Of a stretch of DNA of 64,000 nucleotides, positions 21,912-31,813 are shown in pieces; the stretch's first letter is position 1; every line of letters starts with the position of its first letter. Source of the stretch: a virus; the IMG/VR virus record IMGVR_UViG_3300030419_006839, positions 40,852-104,851 of that record. One strand, given 5' to 3'. Below the pieces are notes generated by a model that ran no database searches, was not told the DNA's origin, and saw nothing but the letters and a program-made list of their open reading frames with translations. Both the position numbers and the translations under genes were made by a program.

Positions 21912-22194
21912 GAATTTAAAAGAAGTATTAGCTAAAGAATATCCATATGCGGTTTATTTAGATTCTTTTGATGATTGTTTTGTTGGTATTTTAGAAAAGC
22001 AAGGATCTCCACAAACCTCATGTTACAATAAGGAGAAAATGATAATCAGTATGATGAAAAAGATGAACTTAAGTTTTGAAGAGACTAATCTCTTTTTTGA
22101 AAAATTTATATTAACTCAAGGTGCTGGATTGATAACTCCTTCATTTATTCATTTTCCTGTTGAGATAGAAAAAGATATATCGAGGCATATTTAA
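21904..22194 (+). CDS. Conserved phage hypothetical protein (paralog of 26746..26985)
   Basis: Both share 'D.FDDC..G..E..G......Y.K.KMI..M' and 'TP.F'. Confidence 0.5.
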   Translation: MIKNLKEVLAKEYPYAVYLDSFDDCFVGILEKQGSPQTSCYNKEKMIISMMKKMNLSFEETNLFFEKFILTQGAGLITPSFIHFPVEIEKDISRHI

Positions 22195-22618
22195 TGGAGT
22201 TTAATGAGATACAGGAAAAAATAAAAATGTATGAAATGGAATATCAAAAACTCTTAGGAGTTAAAGAAAGATTAATTAAACAATTAGAAATGGAGGGATA
22301 TTCAAAAGAAGAAATAGAAACAATAGATTTTGAAAAAGTTTCAATAGAAATGGAAGAAAGTATATTGAATGTTAAGACAGAAATTGAAAAAATGGAAGAA
22401 CAATTGGTCAGAAACAAATAATGTCCGATAATAAAAAGGAGTCATAAGTTGGAAATAACAATTAAAGTTACATGTTTTAATCCTGGTTGTGATGTTTTCA
22501 TAACAACAACGTTAGAAGAATTTGATTCTACAACATGTAAGAACATAATAAAACAATTATCTATAGAAGTAATGAACATTATGAACAACAGAGAGTTGGA
22601 TAATAAAAAAGAGGAACA

Positions 22619-22885
22619 ATGATAGCATATTTGTTAGGGTCTATGATGATGTTTTGTTTTACCTTTTCTTTCTTACCTCAAATAGGTAAGATGATGATTG
22701 GTAGAACTAACAAAAATGTAAGTATATTTATGATTATGCTACAGGTTATAGGCTATTTTTGTGGTGTTGTTTTTCTAAAAGTAGAGAGTGTTGATAATGT
22801 TTTATTGTTTTTAAACTACCATGCAGGTTTGTTTATATCTGTTATTACTGCATGTGCTTGGTTGTATTGCAATAAGGTTGAATAG
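22619..22885 (+). CDS. PQ-loop/SemiSWEET family membrane protein
   Basis: 88 aa, 3 TM helices, FSFLPQI motif. Confidence 0.7.
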   Translation: MIAYLLGSMMMFCFTFSFLPQIGKMMIGRTNKNVSIFMIMLQVIGYFCGVVFLKVESVDNVLLFLNYHAGLFISVITACAWLYCNKVE

Positions 22886-22967
22886 TTATGGATAATTTTG
22901 AGCTTACAGTAATTTGCTTAATATTTATATTAATAATATTATCTAACAACCCTTAAGAGGTGTTATA

Positions 22968-23891
22968 TTGGAAACTTTTTTGTTATTAGGTTTTTTCATG
23001 TCTGCATACTCAGTTGTAGCTAATGATAGTATTCAGACTTTAGGTACTTTTATTTCGTCAAATAAGAATAAATCTTGGTATCAGTTGTGGATTTGGTTTG
23101 GTGGAATAATGATAGCAACAGCTACGATTGGATGGTTTCTAAATGGAGGAGATTTATCTTGGGGAAGATTGTCTACCATTCCATATCCAGATAAATTTAA
23201 ATATAAGTTTTTACTAGCTCCAATTTGTCTATTAATACTAACTAGGATCGGTGTTCCTGTTTCAACAACGTTATTTACATTAACAACTTTTGCTTCAACA
23301 CCAACCGTTATGAAAATGGTAAAAAAATCTGTAACTGGTTATGTCGTAGCTAGTGTAATATCATTTTTAATATGGATAGTAGTTGCAAATCACGTAAAAA
23401 AACACAAGAAGTGGTGGTCTAATGTTCCTCCTATTTGGAGTAAATTACAATTAGTGTCCACTTCTTTTTTATGGATTACTTGGTTGATGCATGATACAGC
23501 TAATGAATGTGTGTTTCTTCCAAGAGATATATCCATTAACATGTTATTGTTGTATTTAATAACTTCATTTTCATTACTGGGTGTAATATTTTATATGAAA
23601 GGAGGTAAAATACAACAAGTAGTACAAAAAAAATCTGAAGTCATAAATATAAAACAGGTTACTATTATTGACTTTGTTTATGGTAGTTTATTGTTTTCGT
23701 TTAAAGTAGTTAATCCAATACCGATGAGTACAACATGGTTGTTTGTTGGAATGTTGGCAGGTAGAGAAATAGCTATGACTCAAGTTTTAAAAAAGAAACA
23801 GAGAGAGGGTTTAGTTGGAGTAGGTTGGGATTTCGTTAGATTAGTTATTGGATTAATAATTAGTGTTGGTGTTGCTATATATTTACCTTAA
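22968..23891 (+). CDS. PiT-like phosphate/sulfate transporter
   Basis: Multi-TM; 'ANDSIQTLGTF', 'PVSTT', 'HDTAN', 'PMSTTW' repeats. Confidence 0.65.
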   Translation: METFLLLGFFMSAYSVVANDSIQTLGTFISSNKNKSWYQLWIWFGGIMIATATIGWFLNGGDLSWGRLSTIPYPDKFKYKFLLAPICLLILTRIGVPVSTTLFTLTTFASTPTVMKMVKKSVTGYVVASVISFLIWIVVANHVKKHKKWWSNVPPIWSKLQLVSTSFLWITWLMHDTANECVFLPRDISINMLLLYLITSFSLLGVIFYMKGGKIQQVVQKKSEVINIKQVTIIDFVYGSLLFSFKVVNPIPMSTTWLFVGMLAGREIAMTQVLKKKQREGLVGVGWDFVRLVIGLIISVGVAIYLP

Positions 23892-23901
23892 AGGTTTAAA
23901 G

Positions 23902-24273
23902 ATGAAAAAATATGACCATTATAAATCAGTTCCTAAGTTTCCTTTTGAGATTGGTACAAAGACACGAAAACCTAAATCTATTGCAGTTGTGGATGAAGGC
24001 AATTGCACTGGATGTCAGGTCTGCGTTCCTTTTTGTCCTGTTGACTGTATTGAAGTTGATGATTTTTCTAATGGTAATGCTCCTATAAAACCAGTTAGAA
24101 TACGATATAATGAATGCATTGGTTGTTCTATTTGTTCTACAGTGTGTACTAAATTGACATGGGATGCCATACATATGATTAAAATAGCAGATTTTGAGTC
24201 TATGTTTCCAGGCATAGAAATTACAAATACTTTTGAAAATAATAATGAAGATAATGAGGTTATAGAAATATGA
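23902..24273 (+). CDS. 2x[4Fe-4S] ferredoxin
   Basis: CTGCQVCVPFCP and CIGCSICSTVC. Confidence 0.9.
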   Translation: MKKYDHYKSVPKFPFEIGTKTRKPKSIAVVDEGNCTGCQVCVPFCPVDCIEVDDFSNGNAPIKPVRIRYNECIGCSICSTVCTKLTWDAIHMIKIADFESMFPGIEITNTFENNNEDNEVIEI

Positions 24274-24668
24274 AGGTTGTAGCATATTTGAAACAACAGT
24301 GTGGTTGGAGTCGTGGGGTCAGGGAAGTTTTGGCAAAGTGTGGTATTGAATACGAAGAAAAACAAATTCATATCCCTGATAATTTCATCGAGATGGTAGA
24401 AAAGACGGGTCAGCATATGCAACCATGTGTGCAATTTGGTGATACTATGTTAGTCGATGTTAGTGGCGATGAAGTCTTGGAATATATTATTTCCAATGAA
24501 CATAGCATTGTAGACAATGATATTGTAACGGATGTTCCTTTAGATGCACCATGTACTGAGGAGGAGGAACTTGCAAAGGTTCGTGGAGATGATAAGGGAA
24601 GACCTAGCAATGGTGGTTCCCATCCACATATTCCAATCAAAGATAATGGATTTTATGGAGCAAGATAA
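24270..24668 (+). CDS. Monothiol glutaredoxin
   Basis: CGWS active site; 'MVEKTGQHMQPCV'. Confidence 0.8.
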   Translation: MKVVAYLKQQCGWSRGVREVLAKCGIEYEEKQIHIPDNFIEMVEKTGQHMQPCVQFGDTMLVDVSGDEVLEYIISNEHSIVDNDIVTDVPLDAPCTEEEELAKVRGDDKGRPSNGGSHPHIPIKDNGFYGAR

Positions 24669-24867
24669 TGTTATTGAGTAAAGATAAGAAAATTCAAGCA
24701 CTGAAAGACCAAATAAATAATTTAAAGAAAAGACCAAGCTCCATTTATGGTTCAGGTCATGCACTTAGTGATTCAGAAAAAGAAAGTGTGGTTAAAAGAG
24801 AAAACAAATGGAAAGAAAAACGTATCACTGAAATGATGCAAGAAATTAGGAGACTAAAGGGTAAATA

Positions 24868-25197
24868 ATGATATCCATATCTGATAAAGCACTAGAAACT
24901 GCAATGAGGATGAGGGATCAACAGGGTGAAGAATTTAAAAAATGTGGTCTTAGGATTAAGGTTGAAGGTGGAGGATGTTCTGGATTTCAATATAACCTAT
25001 CCTATGATGTTTGGGATGATGGTGATGTAGTATTCAACGTCAAGGATATATTTAAAATTATTGTTGATAAGAGGTCATTTTTGTATGTTGCTGGTTCTCA
25101 GATAAATTATGAGGATGGGTTGATGGGTAATGGGTTTGTAATTAATAATCCAAAGGCAAATTCAACTTGTGGTTGTGGGGAAAGTTTTAGCATATGA
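24868..25197 (+). CDS. A-type Fe-S carrier (IscA/ErpA/HesB family)
   Basis: GGGCSGFQY ... NP ... CGCGESF. Confidence 0.95.
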   Translation: MISISDKALETAMRMRDQQGEEFKKCGLRIKVEGGGCSGFQYNLSYDVWDDGDVVFNVKDIFKIIVDKRSFLYVAGSQINYEDGLMGNGFVINNPKANSTCGCGESFSI

Positions 25198-25766
25198 TTG
25201 AAGTTACAGAAAAGGCAATTGAGAAAATTTCTGGTATTATTGAAAACGATGAAGATTATTCTGCTGAGAATACCCTGTTCAGAATCCAAGTTACGGGTAA
25301 GACTGCAACGGATTATAAATATGGTATTGGATTGGAATTCAGAAAGGATGATTACACCGAAACTGAATCATTTTTTAATTTAGAAAAGTTTAGTATGGTT
25401 GTAGATGAAAGATCATTGAGAATACTGGATGGTGCTACAGTCGATTATAAAGAAGATTTGAATGTACAGGGGTTTGATATTATCAATCCAAATAAACCAG
25501 AAGCAAGTGATTTAGAAGAACGTATAATGGAATTGATTGATTCAACGATCAATCCTCAAATTGCATCACATGGTGGAAATATTCAAGTTGTCGGTATTGA
25601 TGCTGGTATTTTATATATCGAAATGTTGGGTGGATGTCAGGGTTGTTCTGCATCTCAATATACACTACAACATGCGGTAGATCAACAAATTAAATCTCGA
25701 TTTCCTGAGATAACGCAAATTGTAGATACCACAAACCATGAAGCAGGAGAAAATCCATATTATTGA
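25194..25766 (+). CDS. nfuA: Fe-S biogenesis protein NfuA
   Basis: Degenerate A-type N-domain plus NifU-C domain INPQIASHGG...GGCQGC...H.AGENPY. Confidence 0.9.
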   Translation: MIEVTEKAIEKISGIIENDEDYSAENTLFRIQVTGKTATDYKYGIGLEFRKDDYTETESFFNLEKFSMVVDERSLRILDGATVDYKEDLNVQGFDIINPNKPEASDLEERIMELIDSTINPQIASHGGNIQVVGIDAGILYIEMLGGCQGCSASQYTLQHAVDQQIKSRFPEITQIVDTTNHEAGENPYY

Positions 25767-26745
25767 TATGTAAAATCCACATGTGGAGTTGGATAAAATT
25801 TTATTATTTAATTTAAGGAACATTGTTTATGTTTGAATTTTTCACTGAACATGCACATGAAATTTATTGTTGGTCTTGGGCTTTAGGTATTTGTAGTGGA
25901 CTTTTTATTGTAATGCTATTAATAGCTGGAAACTGGGATCATGGTTATGCTAAAGGATACGAAAAAGGATTTGAAGAGGGACAAAAAAAATGATGGAATT
26001 CTGGAAGTTTAAGAAGTTTACAATGAAGTTTCAATGGAGGGGGAAGTGGAAACGAAACAACCCTGAAATAAGAGAAGAATTAATGTTAATGTCTAATAAT
26101 ATAGATCCATTAACAGGTATTACATTCCCTGAAAATCAGGTGCACTTCTCTTCTCGTAACTCTTGGTATCATTGGAAAAGATATGACATATGGGTTGCAA
26201 AGGGGGAATCTAATTCATGGTCAATGCAGTTATTCCCAACTGCAGAAAACCCATATTCTCCATATGCAGAAGAACATATGAGATTTGAAGTGTTTAAAAC
26301 ATTATGATAACATTTGAGGTAGTATTTTATGCCATATAAAAAAATAACAAGAGGAAAAAATAAGGGTAAGTATAGAGCGAAAGATGGTAGAGTTTTAACC
26401 TTAACTCAAATACAAGCTTACTATGCTGGTAAGAAAAATAAAAATAAAAAATAGGAGATATTATGTCGTTTTACTTTAAAGAAAAAGAATACAGAGAAGA
26501 ATTAATCAAAAATCATTTAAAGAAAATAGGGTATACATCCTCAGACTTTGCAACTTACATATATGCAGAGAATAAGAACGCTTGGGTGGGTATAAACTAC
26601 ACAGATCTTATAAATGATCTTCTAGATCAATTAAAAGGTCAAGTATCGCAAAAAGATTTAGTCGATCAAATATTTGATGTAATGAGGTCTGAAGAAGAAT
26701 ATTATATCAATGCTTGGAATAATTTAGATAAATAGGAGATATAAA

Positions 26746-26985
26746 TTGTTTGTAGATGGGTTTGATGATTGTTGTCTTGGATATGTGGAGAGGTTTGGAA
26801 TGCAACCAACTCCTCTTTACGATAAAGACAAGATGATTGATAAAATGGTAGATGACGGTATGACTCCAGAGGAAGCAATTGAATATTTTTATTTTAATAT
26901 AATTGGATCTTGGGTTGGAGAAACTACCCCTTGTTTTATGACTGAAATGGATAAAGAAGGAGTTGAGTTAATTTTAGAAACATGA
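26746..26985 (+). CDS. Conserved phage hypothetical protein
   Basis: DGFDDC...EEAIEYFYFNIIGSWVGETTPCF; paralog of 21904. Confidence 0.55.
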   Translation: MFVDGFDDCCLGYVERFGMQPTPLYDKDKMIDKMVDDGMTPEEAIEYFYFNIIGSWVGETTPCFMTEMDKEGVELILET

Positions 26986-27144
26986 TATTTAATTGCCAAG
27001 AAAAAGAAGAACAGTTTTTTAAGATGAATAAAGAAATAGAAGAAATATCTAATTCCATTACTAAATTAGATAAGATGTGGAAAACTAATTTAAAACTACA
27101 CTCTATAAATATATTAGTTATAGAGTTGCAAAAACTTTTAAAAG

Positions 27145-27654
27145 ATGAATAAAATAATTTTTTTATTTTTATTGATATTTATAACAGATTATTCTCTATC
27201 TGAAGAGAATCATTACAGTGTTATTGTTAGTAATAATTTATTTAGACCTTTGGGTTGGACTCCACCAAGAGTTATTCCCGAATGGAAACTGATAGGAACC
27301 ATAATTGGAAAGGATTATAAAATAGCTTATGTCTCAAATATTAAAACATCTAGCTTTCAACGCTTGGCTATTGGTGATACTTTTGGTAGTCATATCGTGG
27401 ATGATATACAACAAAACAAACTATTAACTAAAAAAGGTATAAAATATGAGTTTAGGAAACCAATATTCCTTAATACACGAAACAATAAGAGAAAATCAAA
27501 AACTAAAGAAACAAGTGGGGGAATTGTTAGAACAACTGGAATTACAAATGGAGGCGAATCAAAAACTACTAGACAGAATCAAACAGCTAGAAGAAGTAGA
27601 AGAAGAGAAAGATTTAGAGAAAGATTCCAAGAACTTAAAAATAGATTTGAATAG
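27145..27654 (+). CDS. GspC/PilP-like periplasmic protein
   Basis: Signal/TM, 'NNLFRPLGW', 'WKLIGTIIG...IAYV', 'LAIGDTFG'. Confidence 0.45.
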   Translation: MNKIIFLFLLIFITDYSLSEENHYSVIVSNNLFRPLGWTPPRVIPEWKLIGTIIGKDYKIAYVSNIKTSSFQRLAIGDTFGSHIVDDIQQNKLLTKKGIKYEFRKPIFLNTRNNKRKSKTKETSGGIVRTTGITNGGESKTTRQNQTARRSRRRERFRERFQELKNRFE

Positions 27655-28401
27655 GAAAAGTATAGTTTGATATGAATTTAGATTATTTTAAAGATAAAAT
27701 ATTTCAGTATTGTGATTTAAACCATGATAATGAAAATTTTTCAGGCTGGAAAGTTTGTAAAGAAAATATTAAATTGTGGGAAGAAATTTCTATGATGTTT
27801 TACGGCATGTGGATTGCAGAAAATTCAAGTAATGCTGAAATAGTAGAATTTTCTCAAACGGAGTGGTAGGTATGATTTTATTAGTTCTTGTTTGCTATGG
27901 ATGTTTTTCTGTAATTGTAAGTAATTTAGTTGAGAAGATTCCATATATTCCATATAATTTTCATGAATTTAAAAATGATTTAGACATTGGAGGAGATTGT
28001 GATAGTTGTTAGAACGGTTGAAATAGTTTCAGTCGTATTTTTATTTTTTATTTCCATTTTATTGTTGTTTCTCCTGATAGGTTGTGAGATGAGAGAGAAT
28101 GCGGTGATTAGAGAGCAGACCGACATTTTTACTGATGAAATACGAGAAAAGAATAAGGATATGCAATCCTTGTCTAATCAGTTAAAAGTTGCAGAGGAGA
28201 ATATTAAGACGTTGAAGGCAAAGTTACTTTGTCGTGAAGAACTGATAGATGAAGCAATGGAACAGGCTAAGAGAGATACTCTTAAAGAAAATCCAGTGTT
28301 GATCTCGATCAATAAAAATCCACAAAAATCTAATAAGGTACAGGCAGAACGTAATCAATAATGTACCAAAAAAAAGATAATTAAAAGGGGGAAGCAAAGT
28401 A

Positions 28402-28761
28402 ATGAAAATCAGATTGTTAGTAATGGGAATTATATTGATGTTTGTGTCTAGTTGTGCGGTGAAACCTGAGTTTCTAGTAGAAGGACGTACTACTATCAGA
28501 TCAACGTTGATTACAGAATCTCAGTTATTAGAACAGCAAAGATTAGAAAGGCAAATTTGGAACTGGAAGAATAGACAACGTATCAGATTTCAAATGGAGA
28601 TGATGAGACACAGACATCCACAAATGAGAATAGGTAGAAATACCTATAATCCCAATCGAAGGGGAATTCGTAGACATATCATTCGTAGAAAACATAATGG
28701 TGTTAAAATTCATAAGAGAAACTATTGGTCTAACAAAGTAGAATCAGAACGTAATAAATAA
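28402..28761 (+). CDS. Arg-rich lipoprotein
   Basis: Lipobox VSSC; R/H-rich C-terminus. Confidence 0.45.
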   Translation: MKIRLLVMGIILMFVSSCAVKPEFLVEGRTTIRSTLITESQLLEQQRLERQIWNWKNRQRIRFQMEMMRHRHPQMRIGRNTYNPNRRGIRRHIIRRKHNGVKIHKRNYWSNKVESERNK

Positions 28762-29346
28762 TATATGATTAAGAAAGATGGAAAATTAATATCTATATTG
28801 GAAATAAATTTTCGTGAAAAACTTAGGGTTGAGAAATTAGAAAAAGATTTTGAAGAATTAAAAATTAAGTTCAAAAAAGTAAAAGAAGAGAACAAGAAGT
28901 TAAAAAAACTTTTAAAAAAGAAATGAAAGAAATATATTTATTAAAAGAAATTTTTGAAGAACTGAATGATATGATGCATATCAAAGGAGGAGGTGAAACA
29001 CCAACGAAAGAGTGGGAAGATAAGTATAGATTCCTTCAAAGAAGGGTAGACTACTTTAAAAAAAAATTATTAAAATAAGAAATAGAGAAAACAAAGAACA
29101 ATTAGAAAAGATTAGAGAAATACAACGAAAGGAATATGTTAAAGGAGAAATAAACCTATACCAAAAAAACGAAAGGAAAAGATTAAAATATGAGGTCTTG
29201 AAAAGTAAAAAAACAAGTAGATAATAATGAGAATTATACCAATTTCAGGAACGGTTGGAAGTTCTTTCCATCACTATTTTGAATATTATAGGAGGAATAT
29301 ATTAGATAACTATCTAAATGAATCACTAATAGATCGGAGGTATAAA

Positions 29347-29535
29347 ATGGATGTTAGTACAAATAGATCAGATAATAATACACCTGATTATTTAAGATAT
29401 ATTCAAGAAGCAAAACAAGCGGAAAGAAAACAAGAAACTAGAAATTTAATGAACGAAGAAAAAGAAAACAAAAATAAAAGCGTAGGCAATATAGTTCAAA
29501 CAACTATTGGAACTATCATTGACATCTATGCATAA
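29347..29535 (+). CDS. Small protein with YjfB-like (motility-associated) C-terminus
   Basis: RBS GGAGG before ATG 29347; ends IGTIIDIYA; directly upstream of the flagellin. Confidence 0.45.
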   Translation: MDVSTNRSDNNTPDYLRYIQEAKQAERKQETRNLMNEEKENKNKSVGNIVQTTIGTIIDIYA

Positions 29536-29554
29536 AAAACAGGAGAAATTTATA

Positions 29555-30439
29555 ATGTTAAATAGTGTAGCAAATAGAGCATATCAAAACTATAAAAAGA
29601 CAACTGCAGAAATTCAAGAAACTATGCAATTATTGGCAGATGGCAAACCTAAACTTAATCCAACAGATCAATCTAGAGTTAATAAAATGAACTCTAGAAT
29701 TAGGACATTAAAAACCGCAAATACAAATGTAAAAGAATCTTTAAACCTTTTGAGATCTGCAGATAGTGGAATTAGTTCTATTAGAAGTGTGGTTTCTAAA
29801 CTAAGAGGTATTGCTCAAGAATCTCAGTCAGAAGAAATTAGTGCCGAAGAACGTGCTGATTTACAGGTAGAGTATGATACTTTATATAAAGAAATAGATT
29901 TCATATTAGACAATACAGAATATGATGGAGTTAAACTACTTGATGGTACGTTTGCAACTAAGAATGTAGTTATTGATTCTGATGATTCAGTTCAAATAGA
30001 TATTGATGATATGACTGAAGGTTCATTACGTATTGGTGCTTATACAAAAACATTAGAAATTGGCGATCCTGAGATTGGTTTGGATAATGGTCAAGGTGGA
30101 GTTTATGCCCCAGGGGATTCTATAAGTATTGTCAAGTCTTCCGTAGACACTGTTGAAAAGGCTCAAGACGCAGTTGCACGTTTAGATTTTGCTTTGGGTA
30201 AGTTAGATGAGGAATCAGTAAAACTAAATTCAAAGGCTCAGAGATTTGAATTTACTACAAGTCATTTAACAAGTATGGTAGGAGTATTGGAAGAATCGGT
30301 TGATACCATCGAAGATTTTGATGAGGCTAGAGAAATGAGTCGTTTGGCACAAGCTCAAATAAGACAACAATCAGCCATTGCCATGATGGTACAGGCACAA
30401 CAATTATCTCAAACTATTCACCAATTACTTAACCAGTAA
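29555..30439 (+). CDS. fliC: Flagellin (divergent)
   Basis: Flagellin_N features (ANTNVKESLNLLRSADSGI; ERADLQVEYDTLYKEIDFILDNTEYDGVKLLDG) and Flagellin_C (DFDEAREMSRLAQAQIRQQSAIAMMVQAQQLSQTIHQLL); RBS AGGAG before ATG 29555. Confidence 0.92.
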   Translation: MLNSVANRAYQNYKKTTAEIQETMQLLADGKPKLNPTDQSRVNKMNSRIRTLKTANTNVKESLNLLRSADSGISSIRSVVSKLRGIAQESQSEEISAEERADLQVEYDTLYKEIDFILDNTEYDGVKLLDGTFATKNVVIDSDDSVQIDIDDMTEGSLRIGAYTKTLEIGDPEIGLDNGQGGVYAPGDSISIVKSSVDTVEKAQDAVARLDFALGKLDEESVKLNSKAQRFEFTTSHLTSMVGVLEESVDTIEDFDEAREMSRLAQAQIRQQSAIAMMVQAQQLSQTIHQLLNQ

Positions 30440-30757
30440 ATGATTACATATAGAATAGAAGACATACCTGACGATAGAGGATGGTTAACCACTACATGGG
30501 GAAAAGCTGTAGGCTCTGAACCATGTAGTTTTATTTGTCATCACTGTGCTATAATTTGGAGGGCAAACTTCCCTAGAAATACAATTCTTGGAGTAAGGAA
30601 TAGTAACGTTTGGGAAAGAAATCCATGTCCAAGTTGTATAAAAAATAAACTAAAGAAATATGAGGGATTAGATGAAGTGGGTAATTAGTTTTTCAATTGG
30701 TTTTATAATTGCAATTAGTCTTCTTTACGGCATTGCACAATTTTGGACTTGGTAAAA

Positions 30758-30787
30758 AAAAAGGATGGGAATTAACCCATCCTTTTT
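30758..30787. terminator. Bidirectional intrinsic terminator
   Basis: AAAAAGGATGGG-aattaa-CCCATCCTTTTT between convergent genes. Confidence 0.85.
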
Positions 30788-30790
30788 CAT

Positions 30791-31207
30791 TTAATTTATT
30801 TTTATTGATTTTGGTTTCTCTGATTCTGGTATTTTATTTTCTAGTTTAATATTTAAAATACCATCAACAATTCTTGCAGATGTTACTAAGATAGTATTTG
30901 ATAATGTTAGAGACTTCTCAAACTTTCTATTTGCAATACCTCTATGTAGATATTTAGATTTAACATCTGACTGAATTTTTTCTCCAATAATCTTTAACTC
31001 ATTAGATTCTCCTGGGTGATGTGTTACTGATATTTCATCCTTAGAGAATCCTGCTACAGCTATTTCCACTATATATGTATTATCATCCTCCTGTATTATA
31101 TTATATGGAGGATATTTTTGTTTAGAGTTTTGGAATTCATCTAGTTGATTAAATAAACCTTTAAACCCTACAAAGAATGGATCGTATTTTGTTACTAATG
31201 TTGTCAT
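30791..31207 (-). CDS. Small heat shock protein Hsp20 (IbpA-like)
   Basis: YPPYNI, EIAVAGF, YLHRGIANRKF, DGILNI. Confidence 0.95.
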   Translation of the reverse strand: MTTLVTKYDPFFVGFKGLFNQLDEFQNSKQKYPPYNIIQEDDNTYIVEIAVAGFSKDEISVTHHPGESNELKIIGEKIQSDVKSKYLHRGIANRKFEKSLTLSNTILVTSARIVDGILNIKLENKIPESEKPKSIKIN

Positions 31208-31258
31208 AATTTTTTTCTCCTATTTAAGCAAGAATTTCAAGTGTCTTTCGACCACTTT
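31208..31258 (-). promoter_or_regulatory. ROSE-like RNA thermometer in the hsp20 leader
   Basis: UUCUUGCU-UAAAU-AGGAGAA hairpin occludes the SD with a bulged G; upstream GAAA-capped hairpin. Confidence 0.65.
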
Positions 31259-31391
31259 TTAATAGTTTATAAAAAGATGCTGAATAACATCTTGGCAGAA
31301 ACTTTCAGCATCTTTAATACACTTTTTCAGATAAGGAATTATTTAAATTCCCGACCTCAGTAGGTGATTAATATAAACTCACCCACATACT

Positions 31392-31464
31392 TATAACGTC
31401 ACTTTCCCTAAATTATTTACTAAAAAAATAAATCAGTAAAAAGTTTTAACCTATTAACGTTATA
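31392..31464. promoter_or_regulatory. Back-to-back class II promoters (hsp20 on -, thyX operon on +)
   Basis: AGTAAA-N17-CGTTATA at 31421-31392 (-) and 31435-31464 (+). Confidence 0.7.
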
Positions 31465-31489
31465 TATAATTGCAATGAGGTGAATTATC

Positions 31490-31813
31490 TTGAAAACACA
31501 TATAACTAGATCACACCTTGAAGAATATGAAATCAGTTTAGTTAATAAGATAAAAAGTCTATACAAACAAGTATCTTCTGATGATTCTGGTAAAACTGAA
31601 ATACAAGTAGTACTAGATAGAGGTGGGTGTATAGTTTGGATGGATATTATTTGCTCATCTGGGCATAAGCATTTAGATGAATATGCAAAAAAAATAATAG
31701 AAGATGCTTGTCCGTTTAAAGACTTCCCTGAAAATTCATTGCATCATTATTTAGACATTATTATAACAATTATTTTTAAACATAAGGAGAATCATGAACG
31801 TAACGTTAGTTGA
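31490..31813 (+). CDS. TonB C-terminal domain-like protein
   Basis: 'VVLDRGG...SSGHKHLDEYAKKIIEDACPFKDFP'. Confidence 0.6.
   Translation: MKTHITRSHLEEYEISLVNKIKSLYKQVSSDDSGKTEIQVVLDRGGCIVWMDIICSSGHKHLDEYAKKIIEDACPFKDFPENSLHHYLDIIITIIFKHKENHERNVS

Noticed and set aside
29200-29226. Class I promoter in front of the flagellin unit (AAAGTAAAAAAACAAGTAGATAA)
   Set aside because: Both boxes deviate and the spacing does not fit; the flagellin promoter remains unidentified.
30476-30510. LTTTWGK in ORF 30440 as a Poribacteria-type sorting motif
   Set aside because: It lies near the N-terminus of a small Cys-rich protein with no signal peptide; probably coincidental.
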